A stretch of 60,954 nucleotides of DNA, counting the filler, from Sphacelaria rigidula (lineage: Eukaryota), in the NCBI GenBank assembly GCA_964200075.2. It is 7 parts of 7 records of this genome, joined end to end, with 100 filler letters (N's around TTAATTAATTAA, not from the genome) between each part and the next. Parts side by side here need not be neighbours in the genome. Positions count along the whole stretch, not along the records: positions 17,447 to 26,068 come from CAXNAA020010576.1; positions 26,169 to 34,790 come from CAXNAA020010577.1; positions 34,891 to 43,512 come from CAXNAA020010578.1; 4 more parts are not named here. One strand, written 5' to 3'. The translations under genes were made by a program, and so were the position numbers. Under the pieces are notes generated by a model that worked only from the letters and a program-made list of their open reading frames with translations, was not told the DNA's origin and ran no database searches. Within the stretch, counting starts at the first letter, position 1; the number at the start of each line of letters is the position of its first letter. Shown here one piece after another: positions 23,748 through 36,351 of the stretch.

Positions 23748-25554
23748 TTATCATTTTTTTCCGACTCGAAAACACGCGGTCGAATCGGATTGGTCGCTAC
23801 GAGGCCGCATCAGATACGTACACGGCATTTATGCACTCAGATGGCTTCAAGTCCATTTTATAATTAGTTGCGCGCGACGGGCAGAGTCAAAAACAGAAAA
23901 GCTTAGCTTTGCGGAGCGAAATGAGCGGCGTAATGAACGAAGGGGCACGTATCCTTTATGTTGCAGACAACCGTGCCAGATACCACCGTTTCACAAAACT
24001 ACGCAAAACCTAAATGCTTCATTCGCAGCTACTTCTACTCAACCCTGCGGCATAGATCGCGAACTGAGCACAGGGATAGATACACTGCAGTGATAAGAAA
24101 CCGACACCACCACTCTTTTGGCATGACGTGTTTCTTCGTTGTTGGCGAAAGCTTGGGGCATATAACTTGGTGGCAGGGTGCACCGACGGAGTTGCGTGTT
24201 GGGGTGGGCGATCAAATTGCCAACGCGCTTATGGACAATAGAGGCGGTGCTAAACTGCGCGTCCTTCAAATCTACTATGAATCCTTCCTGTATTCAAAGA
24301 GTCAGGAAGCTGTGCTGTCGGTATGTCGCGTTGCCCGCTTCTTTTCCACATCGCGCCTGCATGCTGTGCGAAACACACACGCCATCTAGACAGCACAGGC
24401 AGCCACGGTTGTACAGTATTTACTGTCTGTACTGTACTGTCTGTTGAATTTAAGTAAAGAAGTACCGCTTCATGAATTTCGCTTAGCCTTTTCGATTCAA
24501 AGCGTGCAAATTCGCTCGGACCCAAATACAGCATAGCAAACTGAATCAGTTCCGCTGCACGAACTTGTTCGAGTGGGAAAAGTTTCGACAAGACTGATCA
24601 TCCAAAATACTGGAAGTATGAGAGTAGTTGGTGGGCTGGTCGCCCCGGTGGCTCAGTTGGTACCCTTGCACAGGACCCATACATGAGGACGATTTTGTAC
24701 TGAATTAAATTATTTGCGCGAAGCGCGATTATGGCCGCGAGTTCAAGATTGCCACGCGGCAAACACTGAGGACCCGTTCAAAATCAGCCGAAGAAGTAAA
24801 ACATGGGGCATGTCCTGTTTCACTGTACTGCAGCACAAACACACTCACGTCCGGTTTCATGTACTGTACGGTAGCTGTCAGTGTTCTGTGGTGTGTTTGG
24901 ACCATGCGAAGATGGTTTGGTCTCCGCTGAGATTGCTCGAGGTGCTATGGTTGTGTCCGCCTCTCTGTAAAATATAGTATCAATCGGGACGCAGTGCGGT
25001 CTACACTGTTGATTGTCTGTTGAAAACTTCACGTTACTCGGACCCATCACTTGCGCGATACCAAACATGGCTAGGTAAAGACACACAACGAGCGCCGGTA
25101 TACACCGCTCGGCCGGAGCCAGACGCCGTGCTCCCATGAAAGGAGCAACGTACAGCACAGTGCGGATACACTGCACCGCCAGGGTGCTGCATGCACCCGT
25201 CAGCATGGCGACTGCTGCCGCTGGCATCGGCGCCAGCGCTCGCGGCCACCGAAAGACACAAATAGCCAGATTAAGATGGGGATATACCGATACACGAGCA
25301 TCGCAATGACCCACTGCGGCGGCAATGTATCACTCGCTGTCTGCTTGTTTGCTTGCAGCTTCGTTTCTCTGCCGCTGTTCTATCCGTCCCGGCGTATATT
25401 ACAGGTGTGACTCGAGTCTGCGAGCTAATCACGAGCATTTTTTACTACATCATTCATTACAAAGGTCACAATTAATTCCGCACTGAAGGGCCTCTGATTA
25501 GTTGAATTTCACATTTCACTACAAAAATCTATCCTCATGTATGGGCGTTGTGCC

Positions 25555-25883
25555 GGTAACCTCGATACCTTCTGACGGTTGTGCTGTGGGTTCGAATCTC
25601 GGAGCGATCCGGGATTTTTTCTCACACATTGCTCAATTATGGAGAGCGACTATGTCATGGATACACAACATTCGACATAACGGTCGACGAGGGAAAAGGA
25701 CTCCTGAACCCCTCTCGCGACAAAAAATTGAAGGCAAGCACCCCAGAAGGATGGTGGTGCCGCAAAACAAACGAAACGAAAAAAGTCCTGTGTTGGCCTT
25801 CCTCCTGTGTGACCCCGGCTGGTGCGCCCACATATACCGAAAGATGCAGACCGGCGTCCAGAATAAATGGGATGACAACACAC
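25555..25883 (+). mobile_element. tRNA-derived SINE, 5' truncated
   Basis: B-box GGTTCGAATC, family body, ...gggatgacaacacac tail. Confidence 0.8.
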
Positions 25884-26068
25884 CATACCACGTGTTTCCA
25901 GCGGCCAATCCATCTTCGGGTTCCATCTGTGACATCACGCGCTGAAGCGGTTCCGCCTCTTCGGCGCGAGGTCGGGCAAAGCAAAGGCGACAAGACCACA
26001 CTGTATGGTGTCGAGGGTTTCTATATACTTCCTCTGTCCCATAAGTCTGTATCTTTCGGTATATGTGG

Positions 26069-26168
26069 NNNNNNNNNNNNNNNNNNNNNNNNNNNNNNNN
26101 NNNNNNNNNNNNTTAATTAATTAANNNNNNNNNNNNNNNNNNNNNNNNNNNNNNNNNNNNNNNNNNNN
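26069..26168. other. Artificial contig-joining spacer
   Basis: N44-TTAATTAATTAA-N44. Confidence 0.98.
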
Positions 26169-26177
26169 CCCTCCCTT

Positions 26178-26258
26178 CCCCGTCTCGAAAGGGATGCGTG
26201 GTCAATGGTCAAATGACTAAGGCAAGCAACAAATGAGTACGCCCCCCTCCCTTCCCCA
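26178..26258 (+). mobile_element. LINE extreme 3' end
   Basis: ccgtctcgaaagggatgcgtggtcaatggtcaaatgactaaggcaagcaacaaatgagtacgcccc. Confidence 0.8.
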
Positions 26259-28783
26259 CGGCTGATTTGTTCTTCAGTGGTGTCCTACATATGTACATCG
26301 GCGTGCTTCTTATTAGTTGCCGTTGGTACTCTCGTGAACTATTTTTGCCGCACGTTGTTGTGGAGTTTTGTTTCCGTCCAGCAATCTTTGTGCACGTATG
26401 ATAGCGTAACAATTGTACACGAACGCACCTACCCGTTGTTGCGTAGTAGACCCTCACCGGTTTTGGTACCATCTGCTTGCTTGCGGTAGATTCGCCTTGT
26501 TGGAGACTGAAATTTTCTAGTTCCCGCAGTCACATTTATTGTCGCTGTCGCATTTTTGTCCGTGTACCCTTAGCATTCAATGTTTCGTTGTGTCTTCGAA
26601 GTTTTGCGCGATGAGAGAACTGTAGGTTTAGCCCAGTGTCTCACATCATGTTTGTATTCGTTGTTGTCACCAATCACCCTCCCGTTGCCAGCCAAGAGAG
26701 CTCGCCGCACGAGAGTACTCCCTTGTATCGTCTTGTTGCACGGGTCCTTCGGTACCTGTGTACTGCTAATTATACCGCCCTTGCTATGGGCCGTATATGT
26801 GCTCGACGACTGTTTTAGGTCGAGTTGAGTCACTGCGTTTCGAAGATTATCTCGGATGTGTTCGTTTGTTTGCTCTACCCCTATCCCGTGGTGCAGCCTT
26901 GAGAGCTTGCTAGAGCCGGGTATTTTCTCTTGTATCGTTCCGTTGCTCGTGGTCCAGTGTTACCTCGGGAATTACCAAGTATACCACCCTTGTTGTAGGC
27001 CATATTTCCACCGGACGATTGCTTTGAGTTGGGCATTGCGTTATGACAAAGCCCCCTTTTAGTTTACACATATTTTCGCTCATGACACGCGATAGATGAT
27101 CCCCTGCGCTGAACGAAAACTTCTCACCAACGGTCATCGACTTCTTGCCCCGACTGTCGTCTTGGGTGCCCACTCCCGCAAAGGTTTTGAATTTCGCACT
27201 TCGGGCACACTATACCGTAACTTGGGCTGCACCCCCGCTTTTCATTTTCCTGTTGCTGCGTCGTCCCCCTCCCCCCTCTCCCCCCCCCCCCATCGCATCG
27301 TACTTCACGTCGCACGCTTTTTCTTCAAGGCAGGTTTGATACTTCAAACGACCTGCTGCGGAAACGAGCGGTGTGCCACTCTCGCTTTATGCGACGGATG
27401 TTTTGGGACGGAGTCGGACAATGACGTGGAGGTCACTTGGACCTGCGTCTGACCAAAGCAGGTGCCGCGATGCTACGTCGCAACTGCGTTTTCTTTCATT
27501 TGTTCCTGGATTGTTTGGCATTCCCTCGTTGTTCCGTTGGTATTTAGAGTCTACGCGTGCGTACCATGTAGTGCTTTACTTCGTAGATGGACCTTGTGTT
27601 GTCTTGTTCAACACAGGTAGTGAGTGTCGCGTAGATACAGCGTTTTCTTCTTGTGGATTGAACGTTTGATGTGACGGGTCGCAGCGATGCTCGCCCATGG
27701 ATGTGTGGGAGATCTTTTTCTTCGCCTGACGTTTTTGCACATGTGTAGAAGAGCCCTTTCTCGATGAATTTTGAAGTTGCTCGGCGCAATTGTATTGCGC
27801 CGAGATTATATTAATTCAAATGCGACAAGACCCGTCTAGGGTGGGATAGTGTCATGAGGCTCAGAAGCATCGCGAGATATCCTCAGAATATGCGGGTCTG
27901 CTCATCGACCCTGGGTTCCATGACACGTTGTACCGCGCTCTTTATCGTCATCATCGCGAGATCATACAGAATGTAGCCGAGCCACACACCCAACTTGGCC
28001 ACTTGTTGGCTTGACTTGCTAGCTTGCCTGGTTGCCCCTGCTACTCTGGCACAATCGCCACACTCTGCTCCTATGGCAGCGCCCCGGATATACTCAGCGA
28101 GAGAGCTACTTTTAGGTATAATATAAGCTATCAACATGGGAGGTTCTCGTACTTCCAGCAGTTATACATAATAACTTACTGCGTATTTGTAATAGAGAGA
28201 AGCTAGGTCTGTACAGTGTGCCCCCATGGGAGCTTGGTTTAAGTGGAACCATGGTATCTCGTGACAGTTCTACTGAGGGACCCCAGCCAATACATTAGCT
28301 AACTCTATCTTCATCACATAAGCGCCGGGCGAAATTCCCGTGCACGGCTACAGTCTCTCCTGAAACGTGAGTGTTGGTATTGATCGACATTTTTTATCTA
28401 CTGTGATTGAGTATTATGGTGGTGATTGAGAAAATAGTATCACACCGTAAGACGGACCACTCGACGAGGGCGCCAGTGTCTCCCACGACATACGCAACAA
28501 GTGGCCTGTTAGCTTTTTTCCTCAACGCTGCCTGGCGTGGTTACCGGTAACAAGCGACTTCATCGCCCACAATGTACACGTAAGAATGCGGTTGGACTGT
28601 CGTAACGCTCGGGTCTCCTCTGCTCTACATTTTCACTCTCTCTCTTGCAAGACCCATCTATCAATTCCACACGGAAAGCAAGTCGAAAACACGTGAAAAT
28701 ATGAGCCCAGTATTCGCGACAAACACAAGAAAACAGATGCAACCGAAACAAGAAGCAAACAAACGAATCCATCACTGTCTCAC

Positions 28784-28916
28784 CGCCAAATCCCCGAAGT
28801 CCTCTTCCAAGAGCAAACCCGAACAAGCCTCCCATTCCGAACGGCCGGCCGAAACCACCACCGCCTAGTCGAATCCGCCTTGCACTTCTCGTCACGGGCA
28901 CAACAGTCGAGGCCGC
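28784..28916 (-). CDS. SARAF: SARAF-like/WW protein, Gly-rich C-terminal exon
   Basis: ctcag| acceptor phase 0 and G|gtgaga donor. GGGGFGRPFGMGGLFGFALGRGL resembles the SARAF GFWTGLGTGGILGYLFG motif. Confidence 0.75.
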
Positions 28917-29342
28917 CTGAGTAAAAACACACACAAAAACCGGAGTCACGCGGGGTTGCAGTAGCTTGTTCTGAAAATATGTGTACGTGATTGAGCACAC
29001 ATAACTTGAGCCCATCCGCTCCTTCTTCTCCCCGTAAGAATGCCTCCCTTGAGGTGATGCTCGCTACTGAACTTACGTACGTCCTTTCGTCCCTCTTCAT
29101 ATGCCCATTGGTCCATATCGTATCCATCTCACCACCGACACCCATCTCTCGATCACCTCACTAAATTCAGACCCAGTTCGCCTGCCTCATCCCATCATTC
29201 AGCCCCACTTTCACGCACCCACCCAGTCCGTAGCCCGAAAAATCACCCTTCATCAGCGAGTGCAGTAGAAACCGGTGAATCCAATTGATGTTATTGTGAA
29301 AACATACGGAACAAGACTCTTAAGGTACGGCGTCTTCCTCAC

Positions 29343-29398
29343 CCGAGCGTTGTTTACGTCTTCGCCCTCATATCGGTTCCACTCAACGGCTCTTGGAT
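29343..29398 (-). CDS. SARAF: SARAF-like/WW protein, exon completing the WW domain
   Basis: ttccag| acceptor in phase 1 gives TTTWA-DPR. CGG|gtgagg donor. Confidence 0.8.
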
Positions 29399-29852
29399 CT
29401 GGAAAAAAATGGGACCGCAACGAGAGGCCAAAGGGCGGATCTCGAGTTACAGTATACTGCAAAAGGGTGACAGGGACGACACGCAGACACTGAGGCAGAC
29501 GGCTAGAGAAGCGGAAGACGAAACACTTGAGTTCAACCATAGGCGGAGTCAATCAATCAGTCTTGCGCACTTCACCCACTCAGGATAAACAAAAGAAGGG
29601 AAACATACAAACACACGAAACGGTGTTATAAGCGTACCTCCTCAACATCAATAGTACCCAAATGCAGCGCAAACAGCTCACACTGTATTACAGCGACAAA
29701 ACTCCTTTCAATAGGAGCAGTAACTCCAAGCCGAAGCAAAGGTGTCGTCTGTCTATCTCCGCGTTGCAATCGCTCGATAAAAACCACCACATGAGCAAGC
29801 GAACTACGTCGATCGCTCTCGCCCGCAGCACAAGACTGTACGGCACTAGTAC

Positions 29853-29931
29853 CTGCCCACGTAGTCGTCCTCGTGCGATGATTCACGAAGTATCGTTGGC
29901 GCGTGGTAGGGTCCATCCTCACTTCCCAGCC
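29853..29931 (-). CDS. SARAF: SARAF-like/WW protein, WW domain exon
   Basis: GWEVRMDPTTRQRYFVNHRTRTTTWA is a canonical WW domain. ggcag| acceptor and |gtacta donor. Confidence 0.88.
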
Positions 29932-31233
29932 CTGCCGGGCACACGGCAAACGACAACACCACAACATCACAATTAAGCAATACGCAGGACCACATCAACA
30001 TCGTTTCGTTTCACCTCTTGGTGCGTTGTACACGACGTCTACAGGTATATAGTCCTGGACCCCTCCCGGTACATAGTCCTGGACGCCTACAGAAACAGTT
30101 GCACATATCCCAAATACGTAGGCAAGAGGACAGCGTGATGCCATTACCACCACGAACGTCAACGCGGGCTGACGCCAACAACATGAAAACATTTTTGTCT
30201 AACGGCAAAGTGGGGCGTATGCCTCAGTTCCAGTTCCTTGTTCGATTCAATGGAGATTTGCTCCTGCCAGTCGCGTAGGGATCTCTGTTCTAGCGCCCCC
30301 TGCGCCCCTCCAAGTTTTCGGGCCAAAGCCGAAGTCCTTCACATTGAGCTGAAAGTAACTTCATGGTACTCTGCAAAAGACCTCGAGGTGTAGGCGCGAT
30401 GGAGTGCACATAGACAGTCAGCACCGTCAGCAAGTGCGCTCGTCTTCTTGTAGCCAATTTAATTAATAATAATGGGGTGCGTAGGACGGCCTACGTGAAA
30501 CACCACAGCTCACCCGGTGAATCCTATCGTTGTATTCTTAGATACGGCGTGACTTCGGTTTCTAACAATTCCAAGCAACCATATCATTGTTTTGAAACAG
30601 CCCAATGTATATTGTATCACCTTGCTCAGGATGCAGTTCAAACACTCTCAACACGTGAGTCCAATTCAGAGTGAGGTGCTACTACGTCTGGCAGCGTAAG
30701 GACTCGAATTTATAGCACTCCCTCTTTTGAGAGCTACAACGAGAAGTAGACGACACACTACATTCTTTGAGATACATACATGTGCCCCCTTCATGCTTCC
30801 TTTGCTCGCGGCTGCTACTGAATGGAATTTTTGTGGCAAATTCAAGTCCCAAAGCACACTTCTTCTGCAAAATAGTAAAGAAGGGCTCCAAGCGGTGGGA
30901 GCCAGGCAAAGCCTGTTGTAACTCAAACGTCGAACGTCAAACGTCGAGTCGACATTTACGTTACGGGTGGCACGGACATCGACAGAGAGTCACGGTACAA
31001 CCTTCCTCTCCACCCGGCTCCCACTCTCCGCGTCGCCCCTCGCATTGTACAACGGTACAGTGGCCATGAACAACACCCGACATGACAGCTCCCGCGTGCT
31101 CAATTGTAAAACGGTATGAATCCTTATCGTACGCCGCAACTCGCTGAGAAGTGCCGAACAAGATACATCACACACTGGCCTACCGCATGGATAAAAAAAA
31201 AGAGAGAAAAGCGGCCAACAGCAATCAACCCAC

Positions 31234-31587
31234 CTCAGGCATGGCAACATCCTCTATGCTCTGTTGTGGATACCGCAGCTCCCCGTCACCCACCCTCTCC
31301 CCAGAAGCCAGCTGCGGTTGCATGGGCATCATTTCTACAGCAAACGCCGACGGCAAGTCACCCACTGGTGGTCCTACCACGACCCCCTGCGTCGCCTCAT
31401 TCTCGCGCGCGGGGGGGGGCATTCCTTTCTGTCCCCTGCTCGCAGAAGCTTCGGCATTTTCGACATCATGAAGAGGGACCGCCGTGGGCATTATCGGTTC
31501 CCCGGTCACCACAGTGGGGGGATGGAGGAAGCCTTCTTCTGAAGACGACGGTTCTTCTTGATACGGAGGTGGTTGTGCGCGCGATGG
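31234..31587 (-). CDS. SARAF: SARAF-like/WW protein, Pro-rich cytosolic exon
   Basis: gagcag| acceptor after a long AG-free stretch. PSRAQPPPYQEEP...DVAMPE|gtgggt joins in phase 0 to GWEV (MPEGWE). Confidence 0.78.
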
Positions 31588-32110
31588 CTGCTCCATCATA
31601 TCGTCCGGTGCAGAATGTTCGAATATCGTATTTTTATATTGAAGCATGAATGGTACGTATGCATGCAGTACGCGGTGAAAGAGCATTGTTGAGACACCCG
31701 AGTTTCATGATTCGGGAGAGGTGGCGTCTATCCAATAGACTCGTTTCGGAGACGCTACGCTTGCCTCACACCCGCCCGCATGTCAAAGCACGGGGTCACG
31801 CATGAATCTTCTGTTGACCGTATCGTGTGTGTACATGTCACGTATGTCACGAATGCAGTGGGTGAGGGTGATGATCAACGGCATTTGAGCGACAAAAACA
31901 TGCACGGGATAATCAAACCCGCTAGGGGACGAAAACATCTTTCGTATATATATATATTCGTGTATGATATGCACAAGCTAACTCATCTTACACTATGCTA
32001 GCGACGCACCAGCGTTCGGTTTCACTCAAGTGGGAACGGAGTACGGGGAAAACGCGGAAAACGATCGGTGGACCGGACAACGACACTTAGGCCTTGTGGC
32101 GAACTCCCAC

Positions 32111-32216
32111 CTGGCACCAGGACCGTAGAAAGCGGACTACAAGGGACGAGAATATGCACAGGAAGATGAGGTGTCCCAAGTTGAATCCGCTCGATTCAAA
32201 CCGCGCGCTGTCATAC
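32111..32216 (-). CDS. SARAF: SARAF-like/WW protein, transmembrane exon
   Basis: catag| acceptor in phase 2 matching the luminal exon. Encodes YDSARFESSGFNLGHLIFLCIFSSLVVRFLRSWCQ. CAG|gtggga donor. Confidence 0.78.
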
Positions 32217-32890
32217 CTATGGCGTGAGCACGAACGACACGTGCACAGACACACACGCACGCGCACAAAAAAAAAAGTAAACCTTCCAGATCAACTCCAT
32301 GCTGAGCACCTCATGGTGAAGTCCTTGCTCGAATATAATACGTCATCGATCAGTATTTTCGAGAAACTCTACACTAAAGATCCATCGACATGAGGGTGTC
32401 GAAAGGGTCCTGAGGATCACCGGGAGAACTCATCAAGACGAGCCACCACGAATGCCCGCTATTTCCTGCCTGCTCCATGGACATGTACAATACGACAGCA
32501 AGATGTTTAGGATTAACCCTTGGACCGGTATAGTAACAGTTCAAATATTTCTGCTGCAGCAAGAACGGTCGCGTACAAAAACCAGGCTGCGACTTGATAA
32601 ATGCATTCATGAGTCCACCCGGACGGAGCGCTTTAGTGGAGTGCTGCGAGGTCAAACGATGAATGGGGCCAATGCTTTAACCAAGGGACTGGTTCGCTAT
32701 CAACTCGGCCGTGGACATTGGATAGATCTACCCGAGGTGAAATGGACACAAACACTCGCTAAAGGAGCCTCGACAAACGACGAGTATGAAAAAGAGAGAA
32801 CAGGATGGAATTCCAAAGCAGTATGGTACAGCACGGGCAGGTTCGCAGCGACACCCTGATGACCGTAACTCTCCACCACCGCGGACTCAC

Positions 32891-33057
32891 CCTATACCCG
32901 TTGAGTCCAGCGAATAGGTGAGCGAGCAGCTTCCAATGAGCACGAAGGGATCATCCCTAGATTCGTAGCCCTCACAAGATACCAATACCTCGCCGAAGGT
33001 AACGCCGTACGGCAGCTCAGCTTTACACTCCCATCGAGGCTGTCCATCGTCACCCAC
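32891..33057 (-). CDS. SARAF: SARAF (TMEM66) luminal-domain exon
   Basis: VGDDGQPRWECKAELPYGVTFGEVLVSCEGYESRDDPFVLIGSCSLTYSL aligns with SARAF WECKTDL...FGKTVVSCEGY...YVLRGSCGLEYNL. GG|gtgagt donor. Confidence 0.9.
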
Positions 33058-34790
33058 CTGCTTGTTTTTCATTACTGTTCGTGTTGCGGTCACCGTGCTT
33101 GTCATTGCCATGTTTACCGTTACTATCTGTTCACTGATTGCTGCTACTATCACTCCTATTGTCATCACTCCTATAGTTATCACCACTATTTTTCCTGACG
33201 CGACTCTCCATCTGTTTCACACCGCACACGCCGTACAAGACCGAAACCGACGAAAGCCCGTACAGCACAAAGTCACGAAACACTCGATTTTGCAACAAAG
33301 AAAAATGAACAAAGGTGCACTTTTTGAGCAATTCCGACTCAAGTACAACACGAGAATGTCCCTCCAGTGCCAGGAAATCGGGAGTACAGGAAGTCGCGGG
33401 ACCGAATCGATTGCGCACGAACTGCAGAAGTGGCGCTAGGCCCGCTAATCGAGAAGCTTACGCGATTCTGCGGAGAACTGTTGGATCCAATTTTGTTCCT
33501 CTTTGGGTCTAATTTTGGTTCCTTGCCGCGGGAACACGCTGGCGCAGTGTATTCCCGACGGTGATGCCATCATATGATATGCCGTTCGTTCAGCCCATGA
33601 CGTGTGAGTTGCGACGGTAAATATGGCGCATGTCCTTCGAAATTAAGGGTACAAGCATTATCTGGTGCACTGAACAAACTGAGGAGTTTCTTGCCGTTCA
33701 AGTATTCAAGTCATAAGTGAGGCCTTTGTGTCAGATTGAAACTTCACCACTGTGTGCCGTATCCTGGAGCTCCGGCGAATAAAAAAATATGTGAAGGCAA
33801 ACCACAAGAAATGGACACCTGACCTGTTCTGCTGCCATGCTGTACGGGACTCACTGGACGCTCTTTGCTCGCCCACATGTGCGGGCACATGCTTAAAGGT
33901 GCAGATTAATAATCCACAAGGGAGTCTCACAATAATCCCTGAGCAAATCTCACCCCTCTGTTGTTGCATACAGCGACTCGAAATAGGCCAGGAGTTCCCT
34001 CTCTCTCTCCCGGACATTCGACAGTCCCGCTGTTGTCGCAGATCAACTGCGGAATCGCCTCCACGCGACGACTGTATCACCATAGACACAAGCGTAAATA
34101 AGCACGCCCAATTGGTTGATTTCAATCTTTAAATACGCACGTGAAAGCGGACAAGAAAAACAGTGTTGCCTCTTTGACCTCCTGCCCCCTTCACATCACT
34201 CAATATAAACCGTGGTCAAGTTGGGCTCCGGATCTGTTGCACCCGCGCGCAAGGGGTTGAGTGTAACAACCACGCCATCTCCCGCTGGTCCAGGGTTATT
34301 TATCGATAATTCTATATCCTCTACACAGGTAACGTATCCCAAAGTCAGTTCTGGTGCGCTGCACTGATGTACTAGATGGATAATGTGCACGGTGGTTTCA
34401 CCTTTATTTCGGAACAAAATACTCCCGAGGGTACGAGTATGAAATCATGATATAACAACACCCTGTGTTTACCAGAAATACTTGCGGGTACTCGAAACGC
34501 GAAATAGCAAGACAACGCGACGAAGCAAGCAATGAACGAAACCGCGGCACTGTTCCTCAGTTCTCACTCAGCATAACGGTGTACACCTCGGCAAGGTTCT
34601 ACGAATGTGCGCTGCCATGGGAGCGTTCATCCTTGATGAAGTCTGCATCTCGTCTCATGGATGTACAGTAGGGGGGCCTATATAGTGCGGGTATGTGACA
34701 CGGCTTTTGACCCGCACTATATCGACCTCGCGCACTATATGTTTTTTGTCCTTTATAGTGCGATAACCCGCACAATTCGGGTCCCGAATA

Positions 34791-34890
34791 NNNNNNNNNN
34801 NNNNNNNNNNNNNNNNNNNNNNNNNNNNNNNNNNTTAATTAATTAANNNNNNNNNNNNNNNNNNNNNNNNNNNNNNNNNNNNNNNNNNNN
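34791..34890. other. Artificial contig-joining spacer
   Basis: N44-TTAATTAATTAA-N44. Confidence 0.98.
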
Positions 34891-35768
34891 ATAACCGGCC
34901 GCTGAATCGAATGAAAAGCCTACTCTCAATCGTATCGTAGGCTCTCAATCTCACGAAACTACTGTGGAGAACGAACCCAGGCGTGGGAATTCCCAGCTGC
35001 TCGTGGTGCTCCGCTTTTTCCGTTCCGATACACGTGAAGATTTTGCCTCCCAAAACCATGCACTTTTTGGGGGGGGGGGCTATTATCGTAGAAAGTGTCA
35101 ACAGTTTTCCGGCTCTTCTGCAACAAACCGGTGATTATTCAGATAAACGAATACGTATACAACTCTTAACAATAACGATCGAGATAGTGTTTCCCTCCTA
35201 CACTGCACAGACTTCAGTCGAGCATTTTCTGCTGATGGCCTCTTTTCGGGGGCTTTTTACATAAGTTTTTCCATGAGCACTCGAAAGTGCTAGCGTCGAC
35301 AGTTTTGGCGAAATAAGAAGACCGTGCTCAAATCACAATGCCCAAGTTGGTACTGTGGGGGCGATACGGACTAGATGTGTAAGTCGTGAGACTCCCGGTG
35401 ACGGTGGAAACCGTCGAAGGTGGCCGATGATTTCCCTCGGGTTATGTAGTCAAGGATTGACCATAAGTCGTGGGGTTGAGGCAAAGTGGATCACTCGGGA
35501 AAGCTCGACGAGCGCGAGCGAGTTGGCCCAATGACGAAGTCCAAGGGTCTTGGTCAACAGTGATCCCCAGGGATTGTCAGCAGTTCGCTGGGAAGATCCC
35601 TGTTACCTTGGGGCCCCAGATCCGGCTGTACAGATATATATGGAAATTTCGGGGCTCCTGCGTACTTACCCCTGTAATAGCCGTTCACTACGTTACACGT
35701 CATACGGGGAAATCTCTCCGCACATGCCCAATTGGCGATTTCCACATAGATACTCGTTTGCGTAAGTC

Positions 35769-36351
35769 AGGCCGGATGTTATGGCAAACAGATTTTTGGC
35801 TCCAAAGTTTCGAGATTGGCCGCTGAAGAATAATCCGTGTGCAACAAAATCTATGGCGATCTCCACAGATTATTGGGCAAACTGNNNNNNNNNNTTTTTG
35901 TTCAGCGGCCAATCTCGAAACCTTGGAGCCAAGCGAATCTGAAAAGTGGGCTAGGCTCCTCTATGTGAAGTGATGCAAAGTGTCCAAGACGTGTCTTGGC
36001 GATTTTCTCTGTTTGGGGGTCAAAAGGGGGATCAAAGGTCCCAAAGGTGAACAATCCGTGGGCCAAAAATCTGTTTGCCATAACATCCGGCCTGACCCCC
36101 CCCGCCAGTTTGCCCAATAATAATCTGTGGATTGAATTTTGTTGCAAATGGAATTTTGTTCAGGAGCCAATCTCGAAACCTCGGAGCCAAGCGAATCTGA
36201 AAAGTGGGCTAGGCTCCTCTCTGTGAGGTGATGCGAAGTGTCCAAGACGTGTGTTGGCGACTTTCCCTGTTTGGGGGTCAAAAGGGGGGTCAAATGTCCC
36301 CAAAGTGAACAATCCGTGTGCCAAATTTATGTTTGCCATAACATCCGGCCT
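35769..36351. mobile_element. TIR element with a tandemly duplicated right arm (contains a 10-N scaffold gap)
   Basis: aggccggatgttatggcaaaca / tgtttgccataacatccggcct. A ~185-bp block is repeated at ~35907-36092 and ~36166-36351. Confidence 0.7.

Noticed and set aside
24820-25314. 164-aa hydrophobic minus-strand ORF
   Set aside because: No recognisable motif or clear splice partners. It would lie antisense within the presumed HIS6 intron.
34196-34417. Upstream SARAF exon (RFILSDVK-like)
   Set aside because: In-frame stop immediately upstream and no compatible splice sites.
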